From positions 57,105 through 121,104 of the forward strand of contig CAKTEM010000007.1 in the NCBI GenBank assembly GCA_934548045.1: DNA of 64,000 nt, in the 5' to 3' direction. Below, one piece after another: positions 39,609-49,900 of the stretch. Made by a program: the position numbers and the translations under genes. Position 1 is the stretch's first letter. Each line of letters begins with the position of its first letter. The notes beneath the pieces were generated by a model. That model searched no databases. It saw only the letters and a list, made by a program, of their open reading frames with translations, and was not told the origin of the DNA. Source of the stretch: an uncultured Faecalibacterium sp. GTDB taxonomy: Bacteria > Bacillota > Clostridia > Oscillospirales > Ruminococcaceae.

Positions 39609-40496
39609 ATGAAAGGTATTATTCTGGCCGGCGGTGCCGGCACCCGGCTCTATCCGTTGACGATGGTCACCAGCAAACAGCTGCTGCCCGTCTACGATAA
39701 GCCCATGATCTACTATCCTCTGTCTACCCTTATGCTGGCAGGCATCCAGGATATCCTGATCATCTCGACCCCGACCGATACGCCTCGTTTCGAGGCTCTG
39801 CTGGGCGATGGCAGCCAGTACGGCATCCATCTCCAGTATAAAGTTCAGCCCTCTCCGGACGGCCTGGCACAGGCGTTCATTCTGGGCGAAGAGTTCATCG
39901 GCGACGACTGCTGCGCCATGATCCTGGGCGACAACATCTTCTACGGCAACGGCTTCTCCAAGATCCTGAAGACCGCCGCTTCCAACGCAGAGAACAAGGG
40001 CCGCTGCACCGTCTTCGGCTACTATGTCTCTGACCCGGAGCGTTTCGGCATCGTCGAGTTCGACAAGGACGGCAAGGTGCTGAGCGTCGAGGAAAAGCCC
40101 CAGAACCCGAAGTCCAACTACGCCATCACTGGCCTGTACTTCTACAACAAGGAAGTCGTCCAGATGGCAAAGCAGGTCAAACCCTCCGCCCGTGGTGAGC
40201 TGGAGATCACGACCCTGAACGATATGTACCTCAAGAAGGACGAGCTGGATGTTCAGCTGCTGGGCCGCGGCTTTGCATGGCTGGATACCGGAACGATGGA
40301 CAGCCTCGTTGAGGCAGCTGACTTCGTCCAGATGATCGAGAAGCGTCAGGGCATCAAGATCAGCGCACCGGAGGAGATCGCCTTCAAGTACGGCTGGATC
40401 GACCGTGACACCCTGCTCGAGAGTGCGGCTCGCTACGGCAAGAGCCCCTATGGTCAGCACCTGAAGAACGTTGCTGACGGCAAACTGAAATACTAA
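39609..40496 (+). CDS. rmlA: Glucose-1-phosphate thymidylyltransferase
   Basis: [18 protein letters not shown] hallmark; 296 aa; RBS aaaggagtg. Confidence 0.9.
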   Translation: MKGIILAGGAGTRLYPLTMVTSKQLLPVYDKPMIYYPLSTLMLAGIQDILIISTPTDTPRFEALLGDGSQYGIHLQYKVQPSPDGLAQAFILGEEFIGDDCCAMILGDNIFYGNGFSKILKTAASNAENKGRCTVFGYYVSDPERFGIVEFDKDGKVLSVEEKPQNPKSNYAITGLYFYNKEVVQMAKQVKPSARGELEITTLNDMYLKKDELDVQLLGRGFAWLDTGTMDSLVEAADFVQMIEKRQGIKISAPEEIAFKYGWIDRDTLLESAARYGKSPYGQHLKNVADGKLKY

Positions 40497-40512
40497 TCGA
40501 AAGAGGCATCCT

Positions 40513-41427
40513 ATGAAAATCATTGTTACAGGCTGCAAGGGTCAGCTGGGTACCGAGATCATCAAGCAGCTGCGCGAGGGCAAGAGCGAGATCGGCACGA
40601 TCCCCGAAAAGCTGCTGAACGCGACCGTCATCCCGGTAGACCTGCCCGAGCTGGATATTTCCAACTATAAGATGGTGGACGAGTTCATCCGCCGTCAGCG
40701 TCCGGATGTCATCATCAACTGCGCTGCGTTCACCAACGTGGACGGCTGCGAGGTCAACCACGACGCCGCTTTCAAGGCAAACGCCCTCGGCCCTCGCAAC
40801 CTTGCACAGGCTGCAGAAAAGACCGGCGCACGTCTGGTGCATGTCTCGACCGACTACGTCTTCTCCGGCCGCGAGAACGGCGGCGTCGCACAGGACGAGG
40901 CCACCATTCCCGGCCCCATCAGTGCCTACGGTTCCACCAAGCTGATGGGCGAGAAGTACGTCGAGCAGTTCTGCCACCGTCACTTCATCATCCGCACCGC
41001 ATGGCTGTACAGCTACTATGGCAAGAACTTCGTCAAGACCATCGTCAACGCTGGCCGCAAGTTCGGCAAGCTGGAAGTCGTCAACGACCAGTGCGGCAAC
41101 CCGACCAACGCGGTCGATCTGGCACACGAAATTCTCCAGCTCTGCGTGACCCACGAATACGGCCTGTATCACTGCACCGGCGAGGGCATCTGCTCCTGGT
41201 ATGATTTCGCATCCGAGATCATCCGTCTGTCCGGCGTGGATGCAACGGTTGCTCCCTGCACCAGCGAGGAGTACAAGACCAAGCACCCGGAGAGCGCAGA
41301 CCGCCCGAAGTGGAGCGCACTGGACAACCGGATGCTTCGCTGCACCGTCGGCAACGATGTCCGCCCCTGGCAGGACGCCCTCAAGTGCTTCTTTGAGCAT
41401 TGGGATGGCGACAATGGAATGAAATAA
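40513..41427 (+). CDS. rmlD: dTDP-4-dehydrorhamnose reductase
   Basis: MKIIVTGCKGQLG Rossmann N-terminus, SxxxK with YGSTK, 304 aa. Confidence 0.85.
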   Translation: MKIIVTGCKGQLGTEIIKQLREGKSEIGTIPEKLLNATVIPVDLPELDISNYKMVDEFIRRQRPDVIINCAAFTNVDGCEVNHDAAFKANALGPRNLAQAAEKTGARLVHVSTDYVFSGRENGGVAQDEATIPGPISAYGSTKLMGEKYVEQFCHRHFIIRTAWLYSYYGKNFVKTIVNAGRKFGKLEVVNDQCGNPTNAVDLAHEILQLCVTHEYGLYHCTGEGICSWYDFASEIIRLSGVDATVAPCTSEEYKTKHPESADRPKWSALDNRMLRCTVGNDVRPWQDALKCFFEHWDGDNGMK

Positions 41428-41527
41428 CCCTCTCAGACGCTTCGCGCCAGCTCCCCCAGAGGGGGAGCCTTTGGCATGTCGGTTCACATCTGCGCCATAC
41501 GGCAGAGCGTGGGCCTTGCGTGTGAGG
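41428..41527. repeat. Truncated copy (left portion) of CCCTCTCAG-TIR element (copy D)
   Basis: Begins immediately after the rmlD TAA: ccctctcagacgcttcgcgccagctcccccagagggggagcc...gggccttgcg. Confidence 0.55.
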
Positions 41528-41560
41528 AAAACAAGATATACAATTGAGGATAAATAAAAG

Positions 41561-42625
41561 ATGAAAACTTATCTTATTACTGGCTGCGCCGGCTTTATCG
41601 GCTCCAACTTTGTCCACTATATGCTGAAAAAGTACCCCGAGATCCTGCTCGTCAACCTCGACAAGCTGACCTATGCAGGCAACCTCGAGAACCTGAAGGA
41701 CGTCGAGGGCGACCCTCGCCATGTCTTCGTTCAGGGCGACATCTGCGACAAGGAACTGGTCGAGGGCCTGTTCGCAAAGTATGATTTCGATTATGTCATC
41801 AACTTTGCTGCTGAGAGCCACGTTGACCGCTCCATCAAGAACCCCGAGATCTTCGTCCAGAGCAATGTCATGGGTACCGTGAACCTGCTCCAGCGCGCCA
41901 AGGAAGCCTGGTACGACGCAGACGCAAAGACTTGGAAAGAGGGCAAGAAGTACGTTCAGGTCTCGACCGATGAGGTCTACGGCGCACTGGGTGCCGAGGG
42001 CTACTTCATGGAGACCACTCCGCTCTGCCCCCACAGCCCCTACTCTTCCTCCAAGGCAAGCGCAGATATGTTCGTTATGGCGTTCCACGATACCTACGGT
42101 ATGCCCATCAACATCACTCGCTGCTCCAACAACTACGGCCCCTATCAGTTCCCTGAGAAGCTGATCCCCCTGATGATCAACAATGTCAAGCACCACAAGC
42201 AGCTGCCTGTCTACGGTGACGGTATGCAGATCCGCGACTGGCTGTATGTTGAGGATCACTGCAAGGCCATCGACATGGTCACCAACGGCGGCAAGATCGG
42301 CGAAGTCTACAACGTCGGCGGTCACAACGAGCGTCCGAACATCTTCATCGTCAAGACCATCATCAGCCAGCTGCATGACCGTCTGCAGGATGAGGGCATC
42401 AGCGAAGATCTTATCAAGCACGTCGCTGACCGTCTGGGCCACGACCGCCGCTACGGCATCGACCCCACCAAGATCAAGAACGATCTGGGCTGGTATCCCG
42501 AGACTCCGTTCGAAAAGGGCATTGTCCTGACCATCGACTGGTACCTCAACCACGAGGAGTGGATGGAGCATATCACCAGCGGCAACTACCAGAAATACTA
42601 TGAGGAAATGTACAAGAATAAGTAA
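41561..42625 (+). CDS. rmlB: dTDP-glucose 4,6-dehydratase
   Basis: ITGCAGFIGSNFV, YSSSKASAD (YxxxK), 354 aa. Confidence 0.9.
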   Translation: MKTYLITGCAGFIGSNFVHYMLKKYPEILLVNLDKLTYAGNLENLKDVEGDPRHVFVQGDICDKELVEGLFAKYDFDYVINFAAESHVDRSIKNPEIFVQSNVMGTVNLLQRAKEAWYDADAKTWKEGKKYVQVSTDEVYGALGAEGYFMETTPLCPHSPYSSSKASADMFVMAFHDTYGMPINITRCSNNYGPYQFPEKLIPLMINNVKHHKQLPVYGDGMQIRDWLYVEDHCKAIDMVTNGGKIGEVYNVGGHNERPNIFIVKTIISQLHDRLQDEGISEDLIKHVADRLGHDRRYGIDPTKIKNDLGWYPETPFEKGIVLTIDWYLNHEEWMEHITSGNYQKYYEEMYKNK

Positions 42626-42723
42626 TCGTTCCTGAACATTCCGATACGATAAAAACCAGCTCCTGCTTGGGCTATCCCGGCAGGAGCTGGTTTTGTTATT
42701 GATTCAGATAGATTGGGGAAAGG

Positions 42724-43557
42724 TCAGGACAGAGCCTGAGCTGCGATGATCACATAAGAATCATAATGGCTGGGTTCACGCGCAGCGGTGACCTCGAAGG
42801 AAGAGATTGCACCGGCTTTTAGCTGACTGATATAAGTGCTTTCGCCTGCCAGCAATTTGTCTCCTACCCGGTAGAAAATACGAATCGTGACATTCAAACT
42901 TCTGGAGCTTGTGTTTTCAATTTCGCCGGTAAAAGTTGTAAAAGGATTGTCATAAGGACTGCCATCATGACGGGAAGTGTTAGAAATCTTCAGTGCAGAT
43001 TGTTTTGGATAAGTAGGTTTTTCCATGCAATAACTGGGGTAACTGACTTTATAGCTGAGCGTTGAAGGAACACCGTTATCAACAATGATTTCTCCACCAA
43101 ATGTAATGGTATCGCCGGGTGCAACAGGAGGAATAAAGGATTGACTGGTACGAAGAACAGCACCGCTTGTGCTTTTTACGGTAAAGTTGAGGTTAGCATA
43201 GTTGAAAGACTTATAACGATTCGTATTTGTAACGATAAAAGTGTAGAAGACATGGTAATGCCCATTGCTGTCTATCGTGGAATAATAATCATAACTGTCA
43301 ATTCGCAGCTTTGTTGCAGTGCTTTCAGCGGTGGTCGAATCACTGGATGAGCTTGGAGAGCTGGAATTATTGGAAGACGAGTTATTCTCAGAAGAAGAAG
43401 CAGAGTTTGCCGTCGAGCTGGAATTGCTGGTAGATGAGCCATTAGACGGCGTGGAAGAGCTTGGGAGGGAAGAGGATGCCGGAGAGTCAGAACAGCCCGT
43501 GAAAACAGCGCAAGCCATTGCAGCCGCTAACACGGCTGCCGCAATCTTTTTTCGCAT
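42724..43557 (-). CDS. Lipoprotein with Ser-rich low-complexity linker and C-terminal beta-rich domain
   Basis: Signal plus lipobox MRKKIAAAVLAAAMACAVFTGC; about 70-aa S/N/T-rich linker; RBS aaggagg; lower GC than flanks. Confidence 0.65.
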   Translation of the reverse strand: MRKKIAAAVLAAAMACAVFTGCSDSPASSSLPSSSTPSNGSSTSNSSSTANSASSSENNSSSNNSSSPSSSSDSTTAESTATKLRIDSYDYYSTIDSNGHYHVFYTFIVTNTNRYKSFNYANLNFTVKSTSGAVLRTSQSFIPPVAPGDTITFGGEIIVDNGVPSTLSYKVSYPSYCMEKPTYPKQSALKISNTSRHDGSPYDNPFTTFTGEIENTSSRSLNVTIRIFYRVGDKLLAGESTYISQLKAGAISSFEVTAAREPSHYDSYVIIAAQALS

Positions 43558-43805
43558 GAAAAGTACCTCCTTGTATTTGCTGAAAAACAACAGAAAACTT
43601 ACCATTAACTTCATTATAGCAGAGTAGAAATAATAGCTCAAGAATGAAAAAATAGCAGAGATAACAAAAATCATATCGAAATTTAATGCAGGATAACAAA
43701 AAGGAGCCGCTGTCTCAGCACAGAGGTCTTTTTTTGTTGTGCGGTGGGCGGTGGTTTCTGGCGGCGAAGTGCTTTCTTCAGGTTGCCCTCTGGGGTGAAG
43801 TTATC

Positions 43806-43976
43806 TGATAAAGTTGCACTTTATTTTCGCTGATACGTTTAAAAAGCATCTTTATCAGGGTGATAAACTTCGGATATGCTGATAAAGTTGGAACTTTATC
43901 AAACAGAGCAACTTTTGCAAACTGATAAAGTTCAATATTTAAACATAGCTAAGTAATTATTCTCGAACTTTATCAC
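43806..43976. repeat. Array of 10-bp TGATAAAGTT motifs in direct and inverted orientation (iteron/operator-like)
   Basis: Direct copies at 43806, 43880 and 43923; inverted AACTTTATCA at 43891 and 43967; palindromic variant ctttatcagggtgataaactt at 43851-43871. Confidence 0.6.
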
Positions 43977-44010
43977 ATGATTCTCCACAGTACAGATACG
44001 AATACCACCG

Positions 44011-44181
44011 ATGGCAAACTTTTTCTACATCTGCGAGTATCTTCATATCACGCCGAAGGAGTTCTTCGAGGATGGCAACACCGACCCGGAAGCTCTCCGG
44101 GCGATGGTCGAAAACCTGAAAAAGCTCGATAAGGAACAGGTGGATGCCCTCTCACAAATCGTGGATGGGCTGGTAAAGTAA
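44011..44181 (+). pseudogene. 5'-truncated XRE-family HTH gene remnant
   Basis: 56-aa ORF MANFFYICEYLHITPKEFFEDGNTD... corresponds only to the C-terminal helix and tail of XRE/Cro-type regulators; no RBS; DNA-recognition helices absent. Confidence 0.45.
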
Positions 44182-44262
44182 GAAAAAGCTTTTAGTTTCG
44201 AGAGATTTAGAAACAGAAGCTTTTACAAATCGGGAATGACAACCGGATGAAGAAAATAAAAC

Positions 44263-44291
44263 ATTGACAATATCGGTTTAATCCGATAAAA
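44263..44291 (+). promoter_or_regulatory. Sigma-70-type promoter of the toxin-antitoxin operon with operator palindrome in spacer
   Basis: TTGACA, 17 nt, TAAAAT; spacer contains the inverted repeat atcggtttaatccgat. Confidence 0.5.
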
Positions 44292-44323
44292 TAGAGATAG
44301 GAAAATGTGCGGCGGAGGATAAA

Positions 44324-44683
44324 ATGCGAGAGTACGATGTTGACTTCTTCATAAAGGAAAACGGAGACTGCCCGGTTCGGGAGTTTTTGGCATCCCTTGA
44401 TAAAAAGATGAGGGCGAAACTTTTGATGGACATCGACCTGCTGGAAGAAAACGGCCCACTGCTGAGAGAACCGTATTCAAAACATTTGGACGATGGGATT
44501 TTTGAGATTCGAGCGAAACAGGGAAGTGACATCACAAGAGTTCTGTATTTCTTCTTTGTTGGCAAGAAAATCATCCTCACAAATGGCTTTACCAAAAAGA
44601 CACAGAAAACACCGCAGTCGGAAATAGCGACAGCAAAGAAATACCGTGCAGAGTATTTAGAGCGAAAGGAGAAGATCTCATGA
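44324..44683 (+). CDS. Type II toxin, RelE/ParE superfamily (HigB/Gp49-like, DUF891 type)
   Basis: 119 aa; family-typical motifs FEIR...RVLYFF and GKKIILTNGFTKKTQKTP; encoded upstream of and overlapping a small HTH gene. Confidence 0.7.
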   Translation: MREYDVDFFIKENGDCPVREFLASLDKKMRAKLLMDIDLLEENGPLLREPYSKHLDDGIFEIRAKQGSDITRVLYFFFVGKKIILTNGFTKKTQKTPQSEIATAKKYRAEYLERKEKIS

Positions 44684-44970
44684 GCGATTTCAGAAAATAC
44701 CTTGAAGAACAGCTGGAAGACCCCGAATTCAAGGCGGAGTGGGATGCTTTGCAGCCGGAGCGTGCGCTTGTGCAGGCGATGATCGACGCACGGAAGCGGA
44801 CGGGAATGACCCAGAAACAGCTGGCAGAGAAGACGGGAATCTCTCAGTCGGATATCAGCAAGTTTGAGACTGGCGGAGGAAATCCGTCCATTAAGACGTT
44901 GCAGAGACTGGCCGCTGGAATGGGAATGGTTTTGCAGGTGGAGTTCAAACCGGCAACAGGCACCCGATAA
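44680..44970 (+). CDS. XRE-family HTH antitoxin (HigA-like)
   Basis: 96 aa; HTH MTQKQLAEKTGISQSDISKFETG; 4-bp overlap with the toxin gene. Confidence 0.7.
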   Translation: MSDFRKYLEEQLEDPEFKAEWDALQPERALVQAMIDARKRTGMTQKQLAEKTGISQSDISKFETGGGNPSIKTLQRLAAGMGMVLQVEFKPATGTR

Positions 44971-44996
44971 GACAAATTCTGTAATTAAATAAGCGC

Positions 44997-45030
44997 AAAA
45001 AGGCCGCTGCGGAGATGCAGCGGCCTTTAA
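44997..45030. terminator. Bidirectional intrinsic terminator between higA-like gene and pfkA
   Basis: ggccgctgc ggagat gcagcggcc 9-bp stem, flanked by A-run and T-run. Confidence 0.55.
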
Positions 45031-45065
45031 TGGTTTCAGAAAACCTTATTTCTAAGAGATATTCT

Positions 45066-46145
45066 TTAGCCCAGGCTGACACCCATGCGACGGGCGGCGG
45101 TGAGCAGCTCGCAGTTTTCGGGAACGTTCCGGGTCTTGCCGGCGATGTCGTCGAGGCGGTTCTGGGTGACGCGGCCGTTCACCATGGCGACGGTCACGCC
45201 GTAACGCTCGATCTCGACCAGCTTTGCGGCGTAGGTGCCGAACTCGGTCGCCAAAACACGGTCGTATGCGCTGGGGCTGCCGCCGCGCTGCATGTGACCC
45301 GGGATGCAGACACGGGTCTCCATGCCGGTCTTCTTCTGGATGGCGGCAGCGATGCGGTTGGTGGCGGTGACGCCGTAACCGGCCTCGGCACGCTTTGCCA
45401 TCCACTCCTTGCGCTTCATCTTGGCCTCCTCGACGTTGTATGCGCCCTCAGCGACGGCGAGGATGGAGAAGTTGGAACCCTTCTTTGCGCGGCGTTCTAC
45501 GGCCTCGCAGACATGGTCGATGTCATAGGGCATCTCGGGCAGCAGGATGATGTCTGCGCCGCCTGCAATGCCTGCGTAGAGGGTCAGCCAGCCGGCCTTG
45601 TTGCCCATCAGCTCGATGCACATCACGCGGCTGTGGCTGCCTGCGGTGGTGTGGATGCGGTCGATGACGTCGGTCGCGATGTCAACGGCGGTATGGAAGC
45701 CGAAGGTCACATCGGTGCCGTAGATATCGTTGTCGATGGTCTTGGGCAGGCCGATGATGTTCAGGCCCTCCTGCGAGAGCAGGTTTGCGGTCTTGTGGGT
45801 GCCGTTGCCGCCCAGACAGAGCAGACAGTCGAGCTTGGCGTCCTTGTAGGTCTTCTTCATGGCGGCAACTTTGTCGATCTTGTCCTCTTCGACCACGCGC
45901 ATCATCTTGAACGGGGTGCGCTTTGTGCCGAGGATCGTGCCGCCCAGAGTCAGGATGCCACGGAAATCGTCCTCGGTCATCTCCTTGTACTCGCCGGTGA
46001 TGAGGCCATGGTAGCCGTTCAGGATGCCGACGATCTCCACATTGTCGCCCATACGGGCATACAGTGCCTTTGCCACGCCGCGGATGGTCGCGTTCAGACC
46101 CGGGCAGTCGCCGCCGGAAGTCAGGATGCCAACACGTTTTTTCAT
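45066..46145 (-). CDS. pfkA: 6-phosphofructokinase
   Basis: GILTSGGDCPGLNA, GGNGT, PKTIDNDI, MGR-like motifs; start MKKRVGIL with RBS gaggga. Confidence 0.85.
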   Translation of the reverse strand: MKKRVGILTSGGDCPGLNATIRGVAKALYARMGDNVEIVGILNGYHGLITGEYKEMTEDDFRGILTLGGTILGTKRTPFKMMRVVEEDKIDKVAAMKKTYKDAKLDCLLCLGGNGTHKTANLLSQEGLNIIGLPKTIDNDIYGTDVTFGFHTAVDIATDVIDRIHTTAGSHSRVMCIELMGNKAGWLTLYAGIAGGADIILLPEMPYDIDHVCEAVERRAKKGSNFSILAVAEGAYNVEEAKMKRKEWMAKRAEAGYGVTATNRIAAAIQKKTGMETRVCIPGHMQRGGSPSAYDRVLATEFGTYAAKLVEIERYGVTVAMVNGRVTQNRLDDIAGKTRNVPENCELLTAARRMGVSLG

Positions 46146-46333
46146 CTTAAAATCCCTCATTTCCTAAGATTCCCCGCACAAAGCGAGTGTTTCAGATACT
46201 ATTAGAGTATTCCCAAAGCAGGCAGGTGTCAAGAGTGAGAAGCAAAAAAGAACGTCCGGATGCAGAAGGTTTTGTCCGGATGACAGGAAAAATACCGCCC
46301 GAAAAAATCAGACAAAAAATTTTGAAAAAAGTG

Positions 46334-46362
46334 TTGACAATCGGTGCTAAGGGTAGTATAAT
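46334..46362 (+). promoter_or_regulatory. Consensus sigma-70 promoter for tRNA operon
   Basis: TTGACA (46334-46339), 17-nt spacer, TATAAT (46357-46362), about 55 nt upstream of tRNA-Gln. Confidence 0.6.
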
Positions 46363-46418
46363 ATCCCCTGTCAGCAGCGAACGACAAACAAACGAAAGCT
46401 CCTGACGAACCAAAATAT

Positions 46419-46492
46419 TGGGGATTTGCATAGTGGTAGTGCGGTAGACTCTGACTCTACTTGTGGGAGTTCGATTCTCTCATCCCCAACCA
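46419..46492 (+). tRNA. tRNA-Gln (anticodon CUG), CCA encoded
   Basis: Manual fold: acceptor TGGGGAT/ATCCCCA, D-arm GCAT/GTGC, anticodon stem GTAGA/TCTAC with loop CTCTGAC (U33, CTG, A37), T-arm GGGAG-TTCGATT-CTCTC, discriminator A, CCA. Confidence 0.8.
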
Positions 46493-46520
46493 GACCGCAG
46501 CCGAAAAGCTGCGGTATTTT

Positions 46521-46596
<76 letters not shown>

Positions 46597-46597
46597 A

Positions 46598-46637
46598 AAA
46601 GAACCAGTACACATTTGTGTGCTGGTTCTTTTTTACG
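46598..46637 (+). terminator. Intrinsic terminator after tRNA-Pro
   Basis: gaaccagtacacatttgtgtgctggttc hairpin followed by TTTTTT. Confidence 0.6.
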
Positions 46638-46800
46638 TTCCAATAAAGACGGTAGAGTGTCATTTAGTCCAAGACCTTACGGAACGTCTGCCGGGGTGAC
46701 TGCCGCTAGGTGTGTTGCGTACAAACGCATTTATTTGACATTTCGACGAACGGATTTTGAAAAGTTCCAAAAATCTTCCCAAAATGATTCCAGACAAAAA

Positions 46801-46853
46801 ACGACCCTGCCCGGCTTGTGCATAGAGGAACACGAGCCGGGCAGGGCTTTTTT
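46801..46853. terminator. Bidirectional intrinsic terminator (3' of ABC permease gene on minus strand)
   Basis: ccctgcccggc ... gccgggcaggg 11-bp stem with T-runs on both strands. Confidence 0.6.
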
Positions 46854-46999
46854 GCGGTATTTGGTTTGGTGTAGGAGGAATCATGTCCAAGAAGGTGGTT
46901 TGCGGCCTCACTTTCTTGTGGCTCTAAGATACCAGAGAAATGATACGGGATTATGCCTTTTTGATGAAGGATTTATGAATTTGCCGAACCTTTGCCGGG

Positions 47000-49900
47000 T
47001 CATTCAGGGGCCTTCATGCTTTCGACCATGCTGATCCGCTTGACGTGGCGGCGCATGATGAGGCAGACGGCGAAGTTGAAGACCATCGTCAGGGCAACGC
47101 TGATGAGGTAGCTGCGCGGAGCGATGGAGCGGATGAACATCATACGGTCCATCTCGATGGTGCGGACGATGAACTGATGGAGCGGTATGCCCAGCCCCAG
47201 ACCGACCAGCGAACCGATGAAAGCCAGCAGGTCGATCTCCCGGAAGATATACCGGTAGACCTCTTTGTCGTAGAAACCGAGGACTTTGATGGTCGCCAGC
47301 TCCTTTTTGCGCTCGGCAAGGTTGACCGAGATGAGATTGTACAGGACGACGGCGGCCAGCGCACCGGCACAGATGATGACAAGGCCAACGACGTAGTTCA
47401 GGCAGCTGATGAGGTTGGAGAGCATCCCGGTGGTGTCGGCGGTAAAGGTCACGCTGGAAATGTAGTTGCAGGCCAGCAGCTTGGCGCGGAGGGCGTCGGT
47501 GTCATCCGTCGTCTCGCAGGAGGTCTGGCCGAAGACGGTGTTCCATTCCAGCGGCGCGGAGCCGAGGTAGGCGTCGAAGTTCTCCTGCGACAGGTAGAGC
47601 CGGGCGTAGATGTAGTTCTCGGTGATGCCGGTCAGGGTCAGCTCCAGCCGTCCGCCGGACGGAGTGTCCACCCAGAAGTGGTCGCCGACTGACAGACCCA
47701 GCTGCGTTGCGGTCTTCTCGGTCAGGATGGCACTGTCAGAGCCAAATGCGATGGCGTGGTGGCCTTTCCGGGTGCGGAAGGTGTTGTACTTCGTCATGAG
47801 GCTGTCGTCCTCCGCAGCGACCAGAGAGACGGTCTCGGCGGTGTTGTCGGCGTTGTAGACCGAGACGGACTTGGTGTAGAACTTGCCCCAGCTCTTGACC
47901 TCGCTGCTGGAATCCAGCACATCGGCAAGGCCGTTCTCGGTGGTGAGGGCCTTCTCGCTGCTCAGGGAGATGGTGAGGTCGTTGTGGGTCAATTCGGCAG
48001 ACTGTTTATCCACGATGGGGAGCAGGGCATCCTGAATACCAAAACCAATCAACAGCAGAGCCGTGCAGCCTGCCACGCCCAGAACGGTCATGAAGAAGCG
48101 TTTCTTGTACCGGAAGAGGTTCCGGGCGGTGGTCTTCTGGGAGAAGGACATGTGCTTCCAGAGCGGCGTGATGTACTCGAGCAGGATGCGCTTGCCGGCC
48201 ACCGGAGCGCGCGGCAGGAGCAGGGAAGCGGTCTTCTCGTGCAGGGAGGAACGGCAGGCGAGAAGGGTCGTCAGGCCGATGACCGCCGAGCTGATGAGCA
48301 GGCTTGCCGCCGCCATGCCGGGATAGAAAGTCAGCTGGAAGGTGGGAACATCGAAGATCATCCCGAAGGCGTTCCAGATGATGATGGGAAAGACCGTGAA
48401 GCCCACTGCCATGCCGGCAAAACTGCCGAGGATGCTGGCGGAAAGGGCATAGAAGAGGTACTTTGCGGCGATCTGGCCGTTGGAGTAGCCCAGAGCCTTG
48501 AGCGTACCCATCTGCAGGCGGTTCTCGTCCACCATACGGGTCATGGTGGTGGACGCCACCAGAGCCGCCACGAGGAAGAAGAACACCGGGAAGACTCGGG
48601 CGATAGCAGTCATGCGGTCGGTGTACTGCTCAAAGGTGACAAAGCTCATGGTGCTGGTGCGGTCGAGGACGTACCACTCGCCGTTCTGGATGTCCGAAAT
48701 TTGCTCCTCGGCATCCGTGATCTGCTTCTGGCCGTCGGCAAGCTGCTGCTCGGCGTCGGTTTTCTGGGTCTCGTACTCGGCACGGGAGTCGGCGAGCTGC
48801 TGGACGCCGGAGTTGTACTCTTCCCAGCCGGAATCAAGCTTCGTCCGGGCATCCTCGAGCTGCTGCTGTGCGGCGGCAAAGGCAGAGTAAGCCGTCGCCG
48901 TGCCGGTGTTCATCGAGAGCTGACCCTGCATCAGGGCGAGCTTCATCTTCCGCAGAGCGGCCTTTGCCTCGGTCACAAGGGATTCGTTGGAGAGGGTAGG
49001 CGAGGAGATAAGGCCCTGCGCGTACATCTGCTGTTTGCCGGCGTCGAGCTGCTGCTGGTAGCCGTCCAGCTGGTTCTTGATGCTGTCGTATCCCTCCTGT
49101 GCTTTGGCGAGAGCATCCCGAAGCTCGACGTAATCCTCGTCCTCGGGTTCGGCTTCGTCGAGGGCTTTCTGGGCGTTGTCCAGCGCGGTCTGCGCATAGC
49201 CGAGAAGGGGCTGAGCGACCTTCTGAACGTTGACGAGAAGCTCGATCTGCTGGAGTTGGTCTTCAAACTCCAACACCTGTTCCTGACTGGTGAGGAGTTG
49301 GTCGGCACCGCTCTGCATGGTATCGGGGAGAGCGGCCTGCTGCTGGGCAAGCTGCTCCTTGCCGGAGGTGTACTCGGCTTCGCCCTGCTCCAGCTGGGCT
49401 TTGGCGGCGTCCAGCTGGGCCTGCGCCTCGTCGAGCTGACGTTCCGCGTCGGCGAACTGGGCTTCTGCCTCGGCCTTTTTGTCGTTGTAGGTCTGCTTGG
49501 CCTCGTCCAGCTTGGCGTTGGCGGTGTCGATAAGCTGCGCCCGGCGTGTCTCACACTGGGCGTCGCTGATGGCGGTCAGCCGGTCGGCCACGGCATCCAC
49601 GGCCTGCTGGTATTCGTCTGAGAAATTGTCATACTGGTCGGCATTTTCGGCCTTGATATAACAAACTGTGTAGTAATCGGCCGTCAAATCCCCGTCCGGA
49701 ACGAACAGGATGACGTCCAGCGTGCCGTCACCGGCGGTGGTGGACTCGGCATCGGTGGAGAAGTGGATGGGGTCCTGCACGTTTCCGACGACGGTATATT
49801 TCTTGCATTTTAAACCGTCGGTATCGTCCGGAACGGTCAAAGTCGTACCCAGCTCGATGGCGTCGGCGTATCCGAGGACATGGACGACACATTCATCGTC

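Noticed and set aside
46870-46914. 14-codon ORF MSKKVVCGLTFLWL with a strong GGAGGA RBS, downstream of the bidirectional terminator at 46801-46853
   Set aside because: It is too short. It lies 3' of a terminator with no promoter evident and has no conservation evidence. It could be a leader peptide, but that is unsupported.
46615-47034. 139-aa plus-strand ORF spanning the tRNA terminator and intergenic region
   Set aside because: It crosses two intrinsic terminators, has no RBS, a junk-like composition, and overlaps the 3' end of the permease gene.
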